This document shows positions 9,292 to 19,465 of a stretch of 42,160 nt of DNA, in pieces (position 1 is the stretch's first letter; each line of letters starts with the position of its first letter). The position numbers were made by a program, and so were the translations under genes. The stretch lies in NCBI GenBank assembly GCA_964348785.1, contig CAYGDO010000007.1, forward strand, positions 1-42,160, read 5' to 3'. The notes beneath the pieces are model-generated. The model searched no databases. It worked only from the letters and a program-made list of their open reading frames with translations, and was not told the DNA's origin. Source of the stretch: an uncultured Candidatus Saccharibacteria bacterium. Its GTDB lineage: Bacteria; Patescibacteriota; Minisyncoccia; Phycocordibacterales; 2-02-FULL-43-11.

Positions 9292-10479
9292 TTAATAGTT
9301 TTGCAACTTCTTGGCCTTATCGTTTTGTCTTATTTTTTCGTGTGCCTTTGCCTCAATCTGTCTTATTCTTTCTCTTGTAACACCGAATTGTTGTCCGACT
9401 TCTTCAAGAGTATGAGTGATACCGTCAACTAAACCATGTCTCATTTCAAGAATTTGTCTTTCTTTTTCTGAAAGTTCTGACAAAATTTCTTTAACCTGAT
9501 CAGAAAGAATCCTTCTTGACGTTTCTTGATCTGGTGAAAGAATCTTATCGTCAGCGATGAAATCCCCTAGTGTTGATTTTTCATCTCCATCATCTCCAAC
9601 GGGACTTTCAAGAGAGACAGTATCTTGGTTTATCTTTTCAATTTGATAAATTTTGTCAGTTTCCATCCCCATTTCAACGGCAATTTCTTCAGGCAATGGA
9701 TCGCGCCCTAAGTCTTGAGAAAGTCTTCTGACGACTTGTTTGTATTTAGCAATTGTTTCAACCATGTGGACAGGTACACGAATAGTTCTTGATTGATCAG
9801 CCAAAGCACGAGTAATGGCCTGTCTAATCCACCAAGTAGCATAAGTTGAGAACTTATAACCTTTTCTCCAATCAAACTTATCAACGGCTTTGAACAAACC
9901 AAGATTACCTTCTTGAATCAAATCAAGAAGAGTCAAATCTGGGCTTCTTCCCACATATTTTTTAGCGATAGAGACAACCAAACGTAAGTTGGCTTTAGCT
10001 AACAAATTTCTAGCTTCGGCATCATCTTTTTCTATTCTCTTAGCAAGTTCTTTTTCCTGACTTGCTGGAATGAGCGGATATTGGCCAATTTCTTTCAAGT
10101 AGATTTGTATTGAGTCATAAGAGGCATCTCCGCTTTTAACTAAAAGAGCATTTTTGCCCATATCTTCTTTTATATCCAAAATTCCACCGCCTTCCAAAAT
10201 ATCAACGTTGGCTGAGTTTAATTTAGAATAAAGCTCTTCAAGAAATAAAACATCCTCCTCAATTGTTGGAAATTCTCTCAAAATCTCATCGTAAGTCACA
10301 AACCCTCTTTCTTTACCCTTATTGACAAGCCTTAAGGCCTTAGTCTCCATATCGTTTGCTTTCGTCTTTGGAGTTTTTGTTTTGACTTTCTTTGTCTTAG
10401 CCTTAACAACCTTAACTGGTTTTTTAGATTTTATTTTTTTTACCTTATTTTTATTTTGTTTTTTGGTTTTTTTAGTCAT
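9292..10479 (-). CDS. rpoD: primary sigma factor sigma70
   Basis: [60 protein letters not shown]; Lys-rich N-terminal tail. Confidence 0.97.
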   Translation of the reverse strand: MTKKTKKQNKNKVKKIKSKKPVKVVKAKTKKVKTKTPKTKANDMETKALRLVNKGKERGFVTYDEILREFPTIEEDVLFLEELYSKLNSANVDILEGGGILDIKEDMGKNALLVKSGDASYDSIQIYLKEIGQYPLIPASQEKELAKRIEKDDAEARNLLAKANLRLVVSIAKKYVGRSPDLTLLDLIQEGNLGLFKAVDKFDWRKGYKFSTYATWWIRQAITRALADQSRTIRVPVHMVETIAKYKQVVRRLSQDLGRDPLPEEIAVEMGMETDKIYQIEKINQDTVSLESPVGDDGDEKSTLGDFIADDKILSPDQETSRRILSDQVKEILSELSEKERQILEMRHGLVDGITHTLEEVGQQFGVTRERIRQIEAKAHEKIRQNDKAKKLQNY

Positions 10480-10495
10480 TTTTTATTTTTTACTT

Positions 10496-12202
10496 TTAAA
10501 GATTTTTATTATTAGTCTTATCTCTTATTTTGGACAATTTCTGTGTTAGATCTCTAATTTCTTTCAAAATATCATCAGTGTCTTTGCTTTTTTCCTTTTC
10601 AGCCAGAGTTAGTCTTTGCATATCATAATTGAGTTTTTCTTTTAAGCAATCTTCTTCAAAATTTTCTAAAAGTTCAACCAAATCATTTTTTTCTATTTTT
10701 CCATCTCCCCAAAAGACTTCTGCTTCAAACTGTAATCTATCTTTATCTTTAAGACAAAGTTCCATAATCTCATCAAATTTATTAAAACTTCTCTCTTTTA
10801 GCTCTTTTTCTATATCTATATCACTTTCGTTTTTTATTGATCCATTTGAGATAGCAAATAAAAAGCCGAAAATTCTTTCATTTAACGTTGATATTTTTAA
10901 AATAGGCTGTTCTTTAGCACTAACCCTATCTTCAACTTTAATCTTTGAAATTTCTTCTATAAGTAAGTCCTCTCTTAAGCCCAACTTAGAAGCAATGCTT
11001 AATTCTGAAATAACTCGTTGACGTTCAGAGTTTTTTCTTTCGGCAGATAAAAGAGGGACTATTTCCTGTCTAAATCTTGAAAGCAATTTCTCTTTTGAAA
11101 GATTTTCACTTAGCAAATTTTTCCAGAAAAAAGAAATTACCGGTTCTGATTCTTTAATGGCTTTTTTAAACAATTCAACATCTTTTAAAATTAGATCGGC
11201 TGGGTCTTTTCCTTCTTCTATTCTACAAGCTTTAACGTTGAAACCGGCTCTTAGAGCGATTTCAAAAGCTCTACCGGAAGCTTTTACACCGGCCTTGTCG
11301 TTATCATAAGCGATAACTATATTTTCCGTAGCCCTTTTTAAAATGGCTAAATGATTTTCAGTTAAGGCTGTTCCTGAAGTGGCTATCGCGTTTTCCCAAC
11401 CCGCCTGCTGAGCCATAAGCATATCCATTTGACCTTCAACTATAATGGCAAAATTGAATTTTCTTATCGCCATTTTAGCAACATTATAACCATAGAAAAC
11501 CTCAGATTTTTTGAAGACCTCTGTTTCTGGCGTATTGAGATATTTTGCAATATCTTGTTCTGCATTTCCAAAAATTCTTCCGGAAAAAGCAATGACCCGA
11601 CCAGCATTATCAAAGATTGGAAACATTATTCTCGATCGGAAAACATCATAAATCTTTCCCGCCTCACCTTTTTTAATAAGTCCCACATTGAGCATTTCCT
11701 CTCTTGTAAAACCTTTTGAAAGTAAAAATTCTTCGCAGAAATGCCAACCTTCTGGCGCAAAACCCACCCTCCAGTCTTTTATAGTTTTCTCACTAAGGCC
11801 ACGTTTTTTTAAATACTCTAAAGCGTCTTTATTGGAGTTCAGTTCTCTTTCAAAAAACAACGTGGCCCCATTTAAACAATCAAAAAGTCTTTCTTTTCTA
11901 TCTCTGTCACCTTTTGACTCCATTTTTATTTCAACTCCAGCTTTACTCGCTAAAATTTTTAAAGCTCCCATAAAGTCTAGCCCTTCAATATTTTGGACAA
12001 AACTAAAAATATCTCCTTTCGCGCCACAACCAAAACAATAATAGGAATTTCTTTTCGGAGACACGAAAAAAGAAGGGCTTTTTTCGTTATGGAAAGGACA
12101 CTTAGCTTTAAAATTAGAGCCAGCCTTTTCCAACTTTAGATAAGAACCGACAACTTCGGCGATATCTAACTTATCTTTAATTTCGCTTGCCAGATTTGCC
12201 AT
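10496..12202 (-). CDS. dnaG: DNA primase
   Basis: CPFH..EKSPSF..C..C zinc finger, AKYLNTPET, VEGQMD, TOPRIM YDNDKAG. Confidence 0.97.
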   Translation of the reverse strand: MANLASEIKDKLDIAEVVGSYLKLEKAGSNFKAKCPFHNEKSPSFFVSPKRNSYYCFGCGAKGDIFSFVQNIEGLDFMGALKILASKAGVEIKMESKGDRDRKERLFDCLNGATLFFERELNSNKDALEYLKKRGLSEKTIKDWRVGFAPEGWHFCEEFLLSKGFTREEMLNVGLIKKGEAGKIYDVFRSRIMFPIFDNAGRVIAFSGRIFGNAEQDIAKYLNTPETEVFKKSEVFYGYNVAKMAIRKFNFAIIVEGQMDMLMAQQAGWENAIATSGTALTENHLAILKRATENIVIAYDNDKAGVKASGRAFEIALRAGFNVKACRIEEGKDPADLILKDVELFKKAIKESEPVISFFWKNLLSENLSKEKLLSRFRQEIVPLLSAERKNSERQRVISELSIASKLGLREDLLIEEISKIKVEDRVSAKEQPILKISTLNERIFGFLFAISNGSIKNESDIDIEKELKERSFNKFDEIMELCLKDKDRLQFEAEVFWGDGKIEKNDLVELLENFEEDCLKEKLNYDMQRLTLAEKEKSKDTDDILKEIRDLTQKLSKIRDKTNNKNL

Positions 12203-12249
12203 TTTAAACTAACTAGCAAAGCACTATAACTAATAAGGGTTGTATCCGT

Positions 12250-15200
12250 CTATTTTACCTCTTCAGAAGAAACATTTGAAACCCCTTCACCGAATTCATT
12301 TTGGTACTCTGTTAAAAGAGCCTCTCTTTCTGCTTTCATTTTTCTTATTATTTGCTCTTTAGGACTATCCTTAAATCCAGTTCCAGCAGGTATAAGTCTT
12401 CCAATAATAACATTTTCCATGAGACCAACTAAATCGTCTTTGTTGCCTCTAATAGCAGAACTGACTAAAACTCTTGTTGTGTGTTGGAATGAAGCGGCGG
12501 CAAGGAAACTTCTTCTTGATAAGGATACTTCGGAAATACCCATAACCACAGGTTCAGTCTTAGCAGATTCCAATCCTTTTTCTTTGGCTTCAGTATTTTC
12601 TTTATCCAATGTGTACTGATCAACCAAATCTCCAACTGACAAAGTTGTTCCACCTTGAGATACAACTTTTCTTCTAGAAAAGATTTGTCTCAAAATTACT
12701 TCAATATGTTTTCTTGAAACTGATTCTCCTTGGAGTTCGTAAGGTTTAGAAACCTCTCTTACTATGTATTCTAGAGTTTTTTCATTTCCAGCATATTCAA
12801 ACAATTCATCAATATCAGCTGAACCATCGGTTATAATATCTCCTTTCTTCACTTTATCTCCAACTTTTACAAACGGCATTCTGTTGTAAGAAACTTTGTA
12901 TTCTGTTTCTGATTTCTTTTTATTCTTAACTTTGCTTTCTATTTCAGGCAAGACGGTAATAATTTTTTCTGAGCCGTCGGTTTTTATTTCCATGACCATA
13001 CCATCAGCTCTACAAATAACAGCTGGATTTTTTGGTGATCTCTTTTCAAACAATTCTTCAACTCTTGGTAAACCTTGTGTGATGTCTCCGCCAACTGATG
13101 CTGTACCTCCAGAGTGGAAAGTTCTCATTGTGAGCTGTGTACCTGGTTCACCAATGGCTTGAGCGGCAATAGTTCCAACAGCCTCTCCAAGACCAACTAA
13201 CTGATTCTTTCCAAGATCGTATCCGTAACAATGCGCGCAAACCCCTCTTGTAGATTTACAAGTAAGAGGTGATCTAACTTTTACTGAAGCGACGCCAGAA
13301 GATTCAACTTTGAGAGCATCTTGTTTATTGAGAAGATGCCCGGCATCAAACAATTTTTTACCATCTTTATCTTTAACATCATCAGCTAAAACTCTTCCTT
13401 TGATATTTTTAGCCAAAGGAATTTCAATACCTGAAGCGCTTGTCTTGTGAATGAATATACCGTCACTCGTTCCACAGTCTGGCTCGCTGACAATTAAATC
13501 TTGAGCTACAACGAACAATTTTCTAGTTAAGTAACCGGCTTTAGCAGTATTCAAAGCGGTGTCGGTCAAACCCTTTCTTGAACCGTGAGTAGTAATGAAG
13601 TATTCAATGGGAGTTAAGCCTTCTTTCATTGAAGACAAAATTGGGAACTCAATTGTTTCTCCGGCAGTATTCTGAATCAAACCTTTCATACCCATCATCT
13701 GTGTTAGCTGTGAGAATGAACCTCTAGCTCCTGAGTAGACGAGGTCATAAACTGAACCGTTTTTATCTAGAGCGTCAGGAATCAATTTTTCCACTTGGGC
13801 TTTAGCACCGTGCCAAATTTCAACATTCTTTCTCAATTTTTCTTCAGCAGACAAAAGACCATCATTAAACTGATTTTCAACTTCAAGAGATTTTGCTTTT
13901 GCCTGATCGATAACAGCGCTTTTTCCAGCAGGAACATTTACATCATCAATACCCCAGGTAGTTCCTGAGACAGTGGCATATTTGAATCCAAAAGCTTTAA
14001 TTCTATCCAAAATTGGAGGAAGATTATCAATACCATATTTCTCAATAAGATCATCAATGAGCGGTCCCATTTTCTTTCTATCAATTTCTTTGTTGATAAA
14101 TGGATAGTCAGATGGCAAAACGGTGTTGAACAAAAGTCTACCTACTGATGTCTCAAACAATTCCCCATTAAATTCTTTATATTTTGGTTTGTCGGTTGGC
14201 AAAACTTTTATTTGAGCTCTAAAGTCCACAGCATCAAAATCATAAGCGCTGATAGCACTGTTTGGATTTGGGAAAATTAAACCTTCTCCTTTTTTACCAG
14301 GAACAAGTTTTGTCATCCAATAACAACCCAAGATGATATCCAATTTATCGATTGAAACAACAACGTTTCCACTTCCTGGTTTCAAAATATTTTTGTTTGA
14401 AGCCATTATTTCTTTTGCTTCAAGTTGAGCTTCATCAGAAAGTGGAACGTGAACAGCCATTTGATCTCCGTCGAAGTCAGCGTTGAAAGCTGTACAAACG
14501 AGTGGGTGAAGTTGGATAGCATTACCTTCAATCAAAATTGGTCTAAAAGCTTGAATACCCAACCTGTGAAGTGTTGGAGCTCTGTTCAAAAGGACGTACT
14601 TGTTTTTAATGACTTCTTCAAGCATTGCCCAAACTTCTGGAATAGCATCATCAATTAATCTGTTGGCGCCTCTTATGTTGTAAGCAAGTTCTTTTCTGAT
14701 GAGTTCTGAAATAACGAATGGTCTGAAAAGTTCAAGGGCCATATGTTTTGGCAAACCACATTGATCGAGGTTAAGTGTAGGGCCGACGACGATAACTGAT
14801 CTTCCTGAATAATCAACACGTTTACCGAGTAAATTTTGTCTAAAAATACCTCTTTTACCTTTCAAATTATCAGCCAAAGATTTTAAATCTCTCTTTTGAG
14901 AAGAAATGGCACCAACATTTGATGAACCGTGTCTAATAGAACTATCCATGAGAGCATCAACCGCTTCTTGAAGAATTCTTTTTTCGTTTCGAAGAATAAC
15001 GTCAGGAGCGCTGATTTCAATCAGTTTTTTCAGTCTATTATTTCTGTTTATTACTCTTCTGTACAAATCATTAACATCAGAAGTGGCAAATCTACCACCA
15101 TCAAGTGGAACCATTGGTCTAAGTCCCGGAGGAATAACCGGAATTTTTGTTATAAACATCCATTCTGGTCTTTGTTTTGAAGTAATAAGAGATCTAACAA

Positions 15201-15981
15201 GAGAAAGTCTCTTGTTTATTTTTTCTTTTTCTCCGGTTGAAGCTTCGCCGTAAGCCTTTTCAAGAGAAGACAAAAGTTTTTCAAGATCAACTTTTTTACA
15301 AATATCATGAATTGATTCGGCACCAATACCTGCCTCAAAAAGAGTGCTGTATCTCATTGAATAATTGTGATACTGAATTTCATCAATAACAGCACCTTCT
15401 CTGATACCTTCAATTTCTTTTTTGGCTTCAAGTAATTTTTCCTTTAAAGCGTCCTTGGTTCTTTCATCTCCCGCTGACTTAACTTTTGCCTTAAATTCAG
15501 AATCTAAATCTCTTAAAAGTCTGGCTTTTTCTTCATCATAAACTTTGTTGATTATATAACCAGCAAAATAAATAACTTTTTCAACTTCAGTAGCAGACAT
15601 ACCTAAAAGTAAACCGAGTCTTGAAGGCATACTTCTTAGAAACCATATATGGGAAACTGGGCTGGCCAAATCAATATGTCCCATTCTTTCTCTTCTTACG
15701 ATGGAACGAGTTAATTCAACTCCACATTTTTCACAAATAATACCTTTGTATCTGATACCTTTGTATTTACCGCAATAACACTCGTAATCTCTTTCTGGAC
15801 CGAATATCTTTTCATCAAATAGACCACTTTTTTCACTTCTTTGTGTTCTGTAATTTATAGTTTCAGGTTTGGTAACTTCGCCTTTTGACCATTCCAAAAT
15901 TCTTTCAGGTGAAGCTAGTCTAATTGAGATTGAATCAAAATCAGTAGAGTTATTTATGAAGCTATTTAGAGAGTTTTTCAT
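12250..15981 (-). CDS. rpoC: RNA polymerase beta' subunit
   Basis: NADFDGD catalytic motif, KPETINYRT, GEPGTQLTMRTFH. Confidence 0.99.
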   Translation of the reverse strand: MKNSLNSFINNSTDFDSISIRLASPERILEWSKGEVTKPETINYRTQRSEKSGLFDEKIFGPERDYECYCGKYKGIRYKGIICEKCGVELTRSIVRRERMGHIDLASPVSHIWFLRSMPSRLGLLLGMSATEVEKVIYFAGYIINKVYDEEKARLLRDLDSEFKAKVKSAGDERTKDALKEKLLEAKKEIEGIREGAVIDEIQYHNYSMRYSTLFEAGIGAESIHDICKKVDLEKLLSSLEKAYGEASTGEKEKINKRLSLVRSLITSKQRPEWMFITKIPVIPPGLRPMVPLDGGRFATSDVNDLYRRVINRNNRLKKLIEISAPDVILRNEKRILQEAVDALMDSSIRHGSSNVGAISSQKRDLKSLADNLKGKRGIFRQNLLGKRVDYSGRSVIVVGPTLNLDQCGLPKHMALELFRPFVISELIRKELAYNIRGANRLIDDAIPEVWAMLEEVIKNKYVLLNRAPTLHRLGIQAFRPILIEGNAIQLHPLVCTAFNADFDGDQMAVHVPLSDEAQLEAKEIMASNKNILKPGSGNVVVSIDKLDIILGCYWMTKLVPGKKGEGLIFPNPNSAISAYDFDAVDFRAQIKVLPTDKPKYKEFNGELFETSVGRLLFNTVLPSDYPFINKEIDRKKMGPLIDDLIEKYGIDNLPPILDRIKAFGFKYATVSGTTWGIDDVNVPAGKSAVIDQAKAKSLEVENQFNDGLLSAEEKLRKNVEIWHGAKAQVEKLIPDALDKNGSVYDLVYSGARGSFSQLTQMMGMKGLIQNTAGETIEFPILSSMKEGLTPIEYFITTHGSRKGLTDTALNTAKAGYLTRKLFVVAQDLIVSEPDCGTSDGIFIHKTSASGIEIPLAKNIKGRVLADDVKDKDGKKLFDAGHLLNKQDALKVESSGVASVKVRSPLTCKSTRGVCAHCYGYDLGKNQLVGLGEAVGTIAAQAIGEPGTQLTMRTFHSGGTASVGGDITQGLPRVEELFEKRSPKNPAVICRADGMVMEIKTDGSEKIITVLPEIESKVKNKKKSETEYKVSYNRMPFVKVGDKVKKGDIITDGSADIDELFEYAGNEKTLEYIVREVSKPYELQGESVSRKHIEVILRQIFSRRKVVSQGGTTLSVGDLVDQYTLDKENTEAKEKGLESAKTEPVVMGISEVSLSRRSFLAAASFQHTTRVLVSSAIRGNKDDLVGLMENVIIGRLIPAGTGFKDSPKEQIIRKMKAEREALLTEYQNEFGEGVSNVSSEEVK

Positions 15982-16005
15982 ATTTTTTTTAGTTAGTTTT
16001 TTATA

Positions 16006-19000
16006 TTATCTTTGAGTTCTTCTTCTGTATGATTTTCTCTCGACCATTTCGCTTCCCTCTTCTTCTTTATCTTTTTTCAAATCAATGTCTAAACACAAAC
16101 CTCTCAAATTGTTAAGAAGCACGCTAAATGCAGCTGGTGAATTTGAGTGATCTATAGGAATTCCTTTTACAATCGCGTCAAAGGTCGCAGATCTACCCAT
16201 AATATCGTCTGATTTAACAGTTAAGACTTCTCTAAGGGTGTAAGCTGCGCCGTGACCCAAAAGTGCCCATACTTCCATTTCTCCAAATCTCTGTCCTCCG
16301 CCTTGAGCTTTACCTCCCAAAGGCTGTTGAGTAATCATTGAGTAAGGTCCGATTGATCTCATGTGAATTTTATCTTCAACCATGTGATGGAGTTTCAAGA
16401 TATACATATAACCAACAGCAATGTCTTGATTGAAAGCTTCGCCGGTTCTACCATCGTACAAAGTCATCTTACCGTTTTCTTTTAGACCGGCTTTTTTCAA
16501 TTCTTCTTTAATTTCAGCATCAGTTGCCCCAGCAAAAGGAGGAACTATAGCTTGATAATTAAGAGACTTCGCAGCCATACCAAGGTGTAATTCCAAAATC
16601 TGTCCAAGGTTCATTCTTGAAGGCACACCAAGCGGAGTCAAGATAACATCAACAGGAGTACCGTCAGCCATATAAGGCATTTCTTCTACTGGAAGAACTT
16701 TAGCGATAACACCCTTGTTTCCGTGACGTCCAGCCAATTTATCACCGACTGAAACATTTCTTAATTCTGCAATTTCAATGTGAATTCTCTTTATGATACC
16801 GGATTCCAATTTGTCTCCTTTCTCTCTTGAGAAAACTTTTATACCAATAATTCTGCCTTGCTTTCCATTTTCCATTCTCTTTGAAGTATCTTTCACATCT
16901 CTAGCTTTTTCGCCGAAAAGTGACCTTAACAATCTTTCTTCAGGAGTAAGTTGGGTCTCACCTTTGGGGGTAATTTTACCAACCAAAATATCACCAGGTC
17001 TTACTTCTGCACCAACTCTAATTATTCCATCTTCATCCAAATTTTTAAGTTTTATTTCACCAACGTTTGGAATATCGTGAGTTGTAACTTCAGGTCCGAG
17101 CTTTGTATCTCTTACGTTAACAACAAACTCTTCAACGTGAATGCTTGTAAATTTGCTCTCTTTAACCAATTTCTCAGAAAGAATAATGGCGTCTTCATAG
17201 TTTGATCCAGACCATGACATAAATGCCACAAGCATATTTTGTCCGAGTGCTACTTGACCGTTATCACTTGAAGAAGTATCTGCCAAAAGGTCACCTTTTT
17301 TAACTTTTTCTCCAACATCAACCGCAGGTCTCTGATGGAAAGTAGTAAATCCGTTTGTTCTATTGAAATTAGCCAATCTGTATTCTTTTTCTTTTTTTCC
17401 TTCCTTAACAACAACTTTCTTTGCATCAACGTGAGTCACAACACCTTCTTCTTCGGCCAGTACAAGTCTACCACTATCTCTAGCAGCCTTTTCCTCAATA
17501 CCTGTAGCAACAAGAGGAGCTTCAGGAATAAGACAAGGAGTTGATTGTTTTTGCATGTTTGAACCCATGAGCGCTCTGTTTGCGTCGTCATGTTCCAAAA
17601 ATGGAATCATCGAAGTAGCAATAGAAAAAGCTTGAGCTGTGTTTATATCAATATAATCAACTTCATTTCTAGCGACAATCATTGGATTACCATTTAGACG
17701 AATTTCAGCATTTTCAGAAACTATTTTTCCATTCTCATCAACTTCTGTCGCAGCGTGAGCTATTTTAAAGTTTTCCTCCTCCAAAGCATTTAAATATTTA
17801 ACTTCTTTGGTTACTACGCCTTTTTCAACTTTGGCATATGGAGTTTCAACCATACCAAAATCATTAAGTCTGGCGTGAGTAGCTAAACGCAAAATCAATC
17901 CAATGTTTGGTCCTTCTGGTGTGTGAATTGGACAAAGTCTTCCGTAGTGAGAAGGATGTACGTCTCTTACTTCAAAACCAGCTCTTTCTCTTGTAAGACC
18001 TCCGGGACCTAGAGCTGAAAGAGTTCTCAAATGTTCCATTTCAGAAAGAATATTTTCTTGCAACATGAACTGTGAAAGTTGGTTAGTGTTGAAGAATTCT
18101 TTTATTCTTGCTTGAAGAGGTTTAGGAGAAATAAACTGCATAGGCATAGTAACACTCTGATCAATGGTAGACATTCTGTCCTGAATGTTTCTCTTAATCT
18201 GAGTCATACCTACTCTGATCCTCTGTTGCAAAAGTTCTCCAACAAATCTAGCCCTTCTTGAACCCAAATGATCTATGTCGTCTTCAAAAGCATCGTTTGT
18301 ATTATTTAAATTAATTATATGATTTACAACAATAGAAATATCTTCAATACTGATTGTTCTTCTATCAGCTCCTTTACCTTCAGTTGGTTTACCAAATCTC
18401 TTATTAAATCTAAACCTTCCTACTTTTGATATATCGTATCTTTCCTCACTAAAAATAGCTCTTATAAATTCTTTAGCGTTTTCCACTGTTCCAACTTCAC
18501 CGTCTCTAAGTCTCTTGTGAATTTCTAAGAATGATTCGTCAGCTGTTTTCGCGTGATCTTTCAAAAAAGTGGCCTCGAGGTGCGCTTTAGCGTTAGGATT
18601 TTCAGCAAATAAAGCTCTTATATCACTGTCAGTTTCTGCTCCCAAAACACGAAGAAGTGAAGTAACACCGAACTTTCTCTTTCTATCGATTCTTACATAT
18701 AGAGCACCGTCATAATCGGTTTCAATTTCAATCCAAACACCTCTTGAAGGAATAATTTTTCCACCAAAACATTTTTTTCCTTTTACTTCTTCACTTGTAA
18801 AGAAAACACCGAAAGATCTGGCAAGCTGTGGAACAATGACTCTTTCAATACCTGTAATAATAAAAGTACCGTGATTTGTCATCATTGGAAAATCAGCCAA
18901 GAAGATCTCTTGCTCTTTTGATGAACCAAACATTTTGTTTACAAACTGAACTCTGGCTTTCAAAGTTCCTTCATATGAAAGTTTATTTTCCTTAGCGTAA

Positions 19001-19257
19001 TATTCATCATATTTTGGATCCGATAAAGAAACATCCAAAAACTTCAATTCAAATTTTTTCTCCGAGTAGTCCTTTATCGAAGAAAATTCAGAAAACACCT
19101 CTTTGAGTCCTTCTCTCACCAACCATTCAAATGACTTTACCTGTGGTTCAACAAGGTTCGGCATTTTTGCAAGCGGTGGTCTGTATGCTTTAAAAAACTT
19201 CTTTGGCAATCTTGAACCGCTTATTGCGTTTGGCATTGGACTAATGGATGTTTTCAT
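16006..19257 (-). CDS. rpoB: RNA polymerase beta subunit
   Basis: GDKLAGRHGNKG, RFGEMEVWAL, TPEGPNIGL. Confidence 0.99.
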   Translation of the reverse strand: MKTSISPMPNAISGSRLPKKFFKAYRPPLAKMPNLVEPQVKSFEWLVREGLKEVFSEFSSIKDYSEKKFELKFLDVSLSDPKYDEYYAKENKLSYEGTLKARVQFVNKMFGSSKEQEIFLADFPMMTNHGTFIITGIERVIVPQLARSFGVFFTSEEVKGKKCFGGKIIPSRGVWIEIETDYDGALYVRIDRKRKFGVTSLLRVLGAETDSDIRALFAENPNAKAHLEATFLKDHAKTADESFLEIHKRLRDGEVGTVENAKEFIRAIFSEERYDISKVGRFRFNKRFGKPTEGKGADRRTISIEDISIVVNHIINLNNTNDAFEDDIDHLGSRRARFVGELLQQRIRVGMTQIKRNIQDRMSTIDQSVTMPMQFISPKPLQARIKEFFNTNQLSQFMLQENILSEMEHLRTLSALGPGGLTRERAGFEVRDVHPSHYGRLCPIHTPEGPNIGLILRLATHARLNDFGMVETPYAKVEKGVVTKEVKYLNALEEENFKIAHAATEVDENGKIVSENAEIRLNGNPMIVARNEVDYIDINTAQAFSIATSMIPFLEHDDANRALMGSNMQKQSTPCLIPEAPLVATGIEEKAARDSGRLVLAEEEGVVTHVDAKKVVVKEGKKEKEYRLANFNRTNGFTTFHQRPAVDVGEKVKKGDLLADTSSSDNGQVALGQNMLVAFMSWSGSNYEDAIILSEKLVKESKFTSIHVEEFVVNVRDTKLGPEVTTHDIPNVGEIKLKNLDEDGIIRVGAEVRPGDILVGKITPKGETQLTPEERLLRSLFGEKARDVKDTSKRMENGKQGRIIGIKVFSREKGDKLESGIIKRIHIEIAELRNVSVGDKLAGRHGNKGVIAKVLPVEEMPYMADGTPVDVILTPLGVPSRMNLGQILELHLGMAAKSLNYQAIVPPFAGATDAEIKEELKKAGLKENGKMTLYDGRTGEAFNQDIAVGYMYILKLHHMVEDKIHMRSIGPYSMITQQPLGGKAQGGGQRFGEMEVWALLGHGAAYTLREVLTVKSDDIMGRSATFDAIVKGIPIDHSNSPAAFSVLLNNLRGLCLDIDLKKDKEEEGSEMVERKSYRRRTQR

Positions 19258-19418
19258 TTTTTTAATTACTTAACAACAAAAAACAAAACGCATGACTCTC
19301 TGCGCTTTATTTGTTTAATAAATTTTTGTTATTCTTGTTTAGGCAAGAAGATTTAGTACTAAACGGACTTGTAATGCAAGTATTCCCCCGTGACACAATC
19401 TTCTCAGTAGGTGAAGAG

Positions 19419-19447
19419 AACTTACACTATAATTACTTTTTTGTCAA
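19419..19447 (-). promoter_or_regulatory. sigma70 promoter candidate for rpoB
   Basis: TTGACA (19447-19442), 17-nt spacer, TAAGTT (19424-19419). Confidence 0.65.
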
Positions 19448-19465
19448 AGACAAAATTGTGGATTA

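Noticed and set aside
6761-18261. Numerous antisense or off-frame ORFs over the helicase, rpoD, dnaG, rpoC and rpoB
   Set aside because: They overlap highly conserved genes and show the Ser/Phe/Leu-rich composition typical of shadow frames.
19352-19363. Palindrome TTTAGTACTAAA, also partly at 16-25
   Set aside because: Short and AT-rich; two occurrences in unrelated contexts are compatible with chance.
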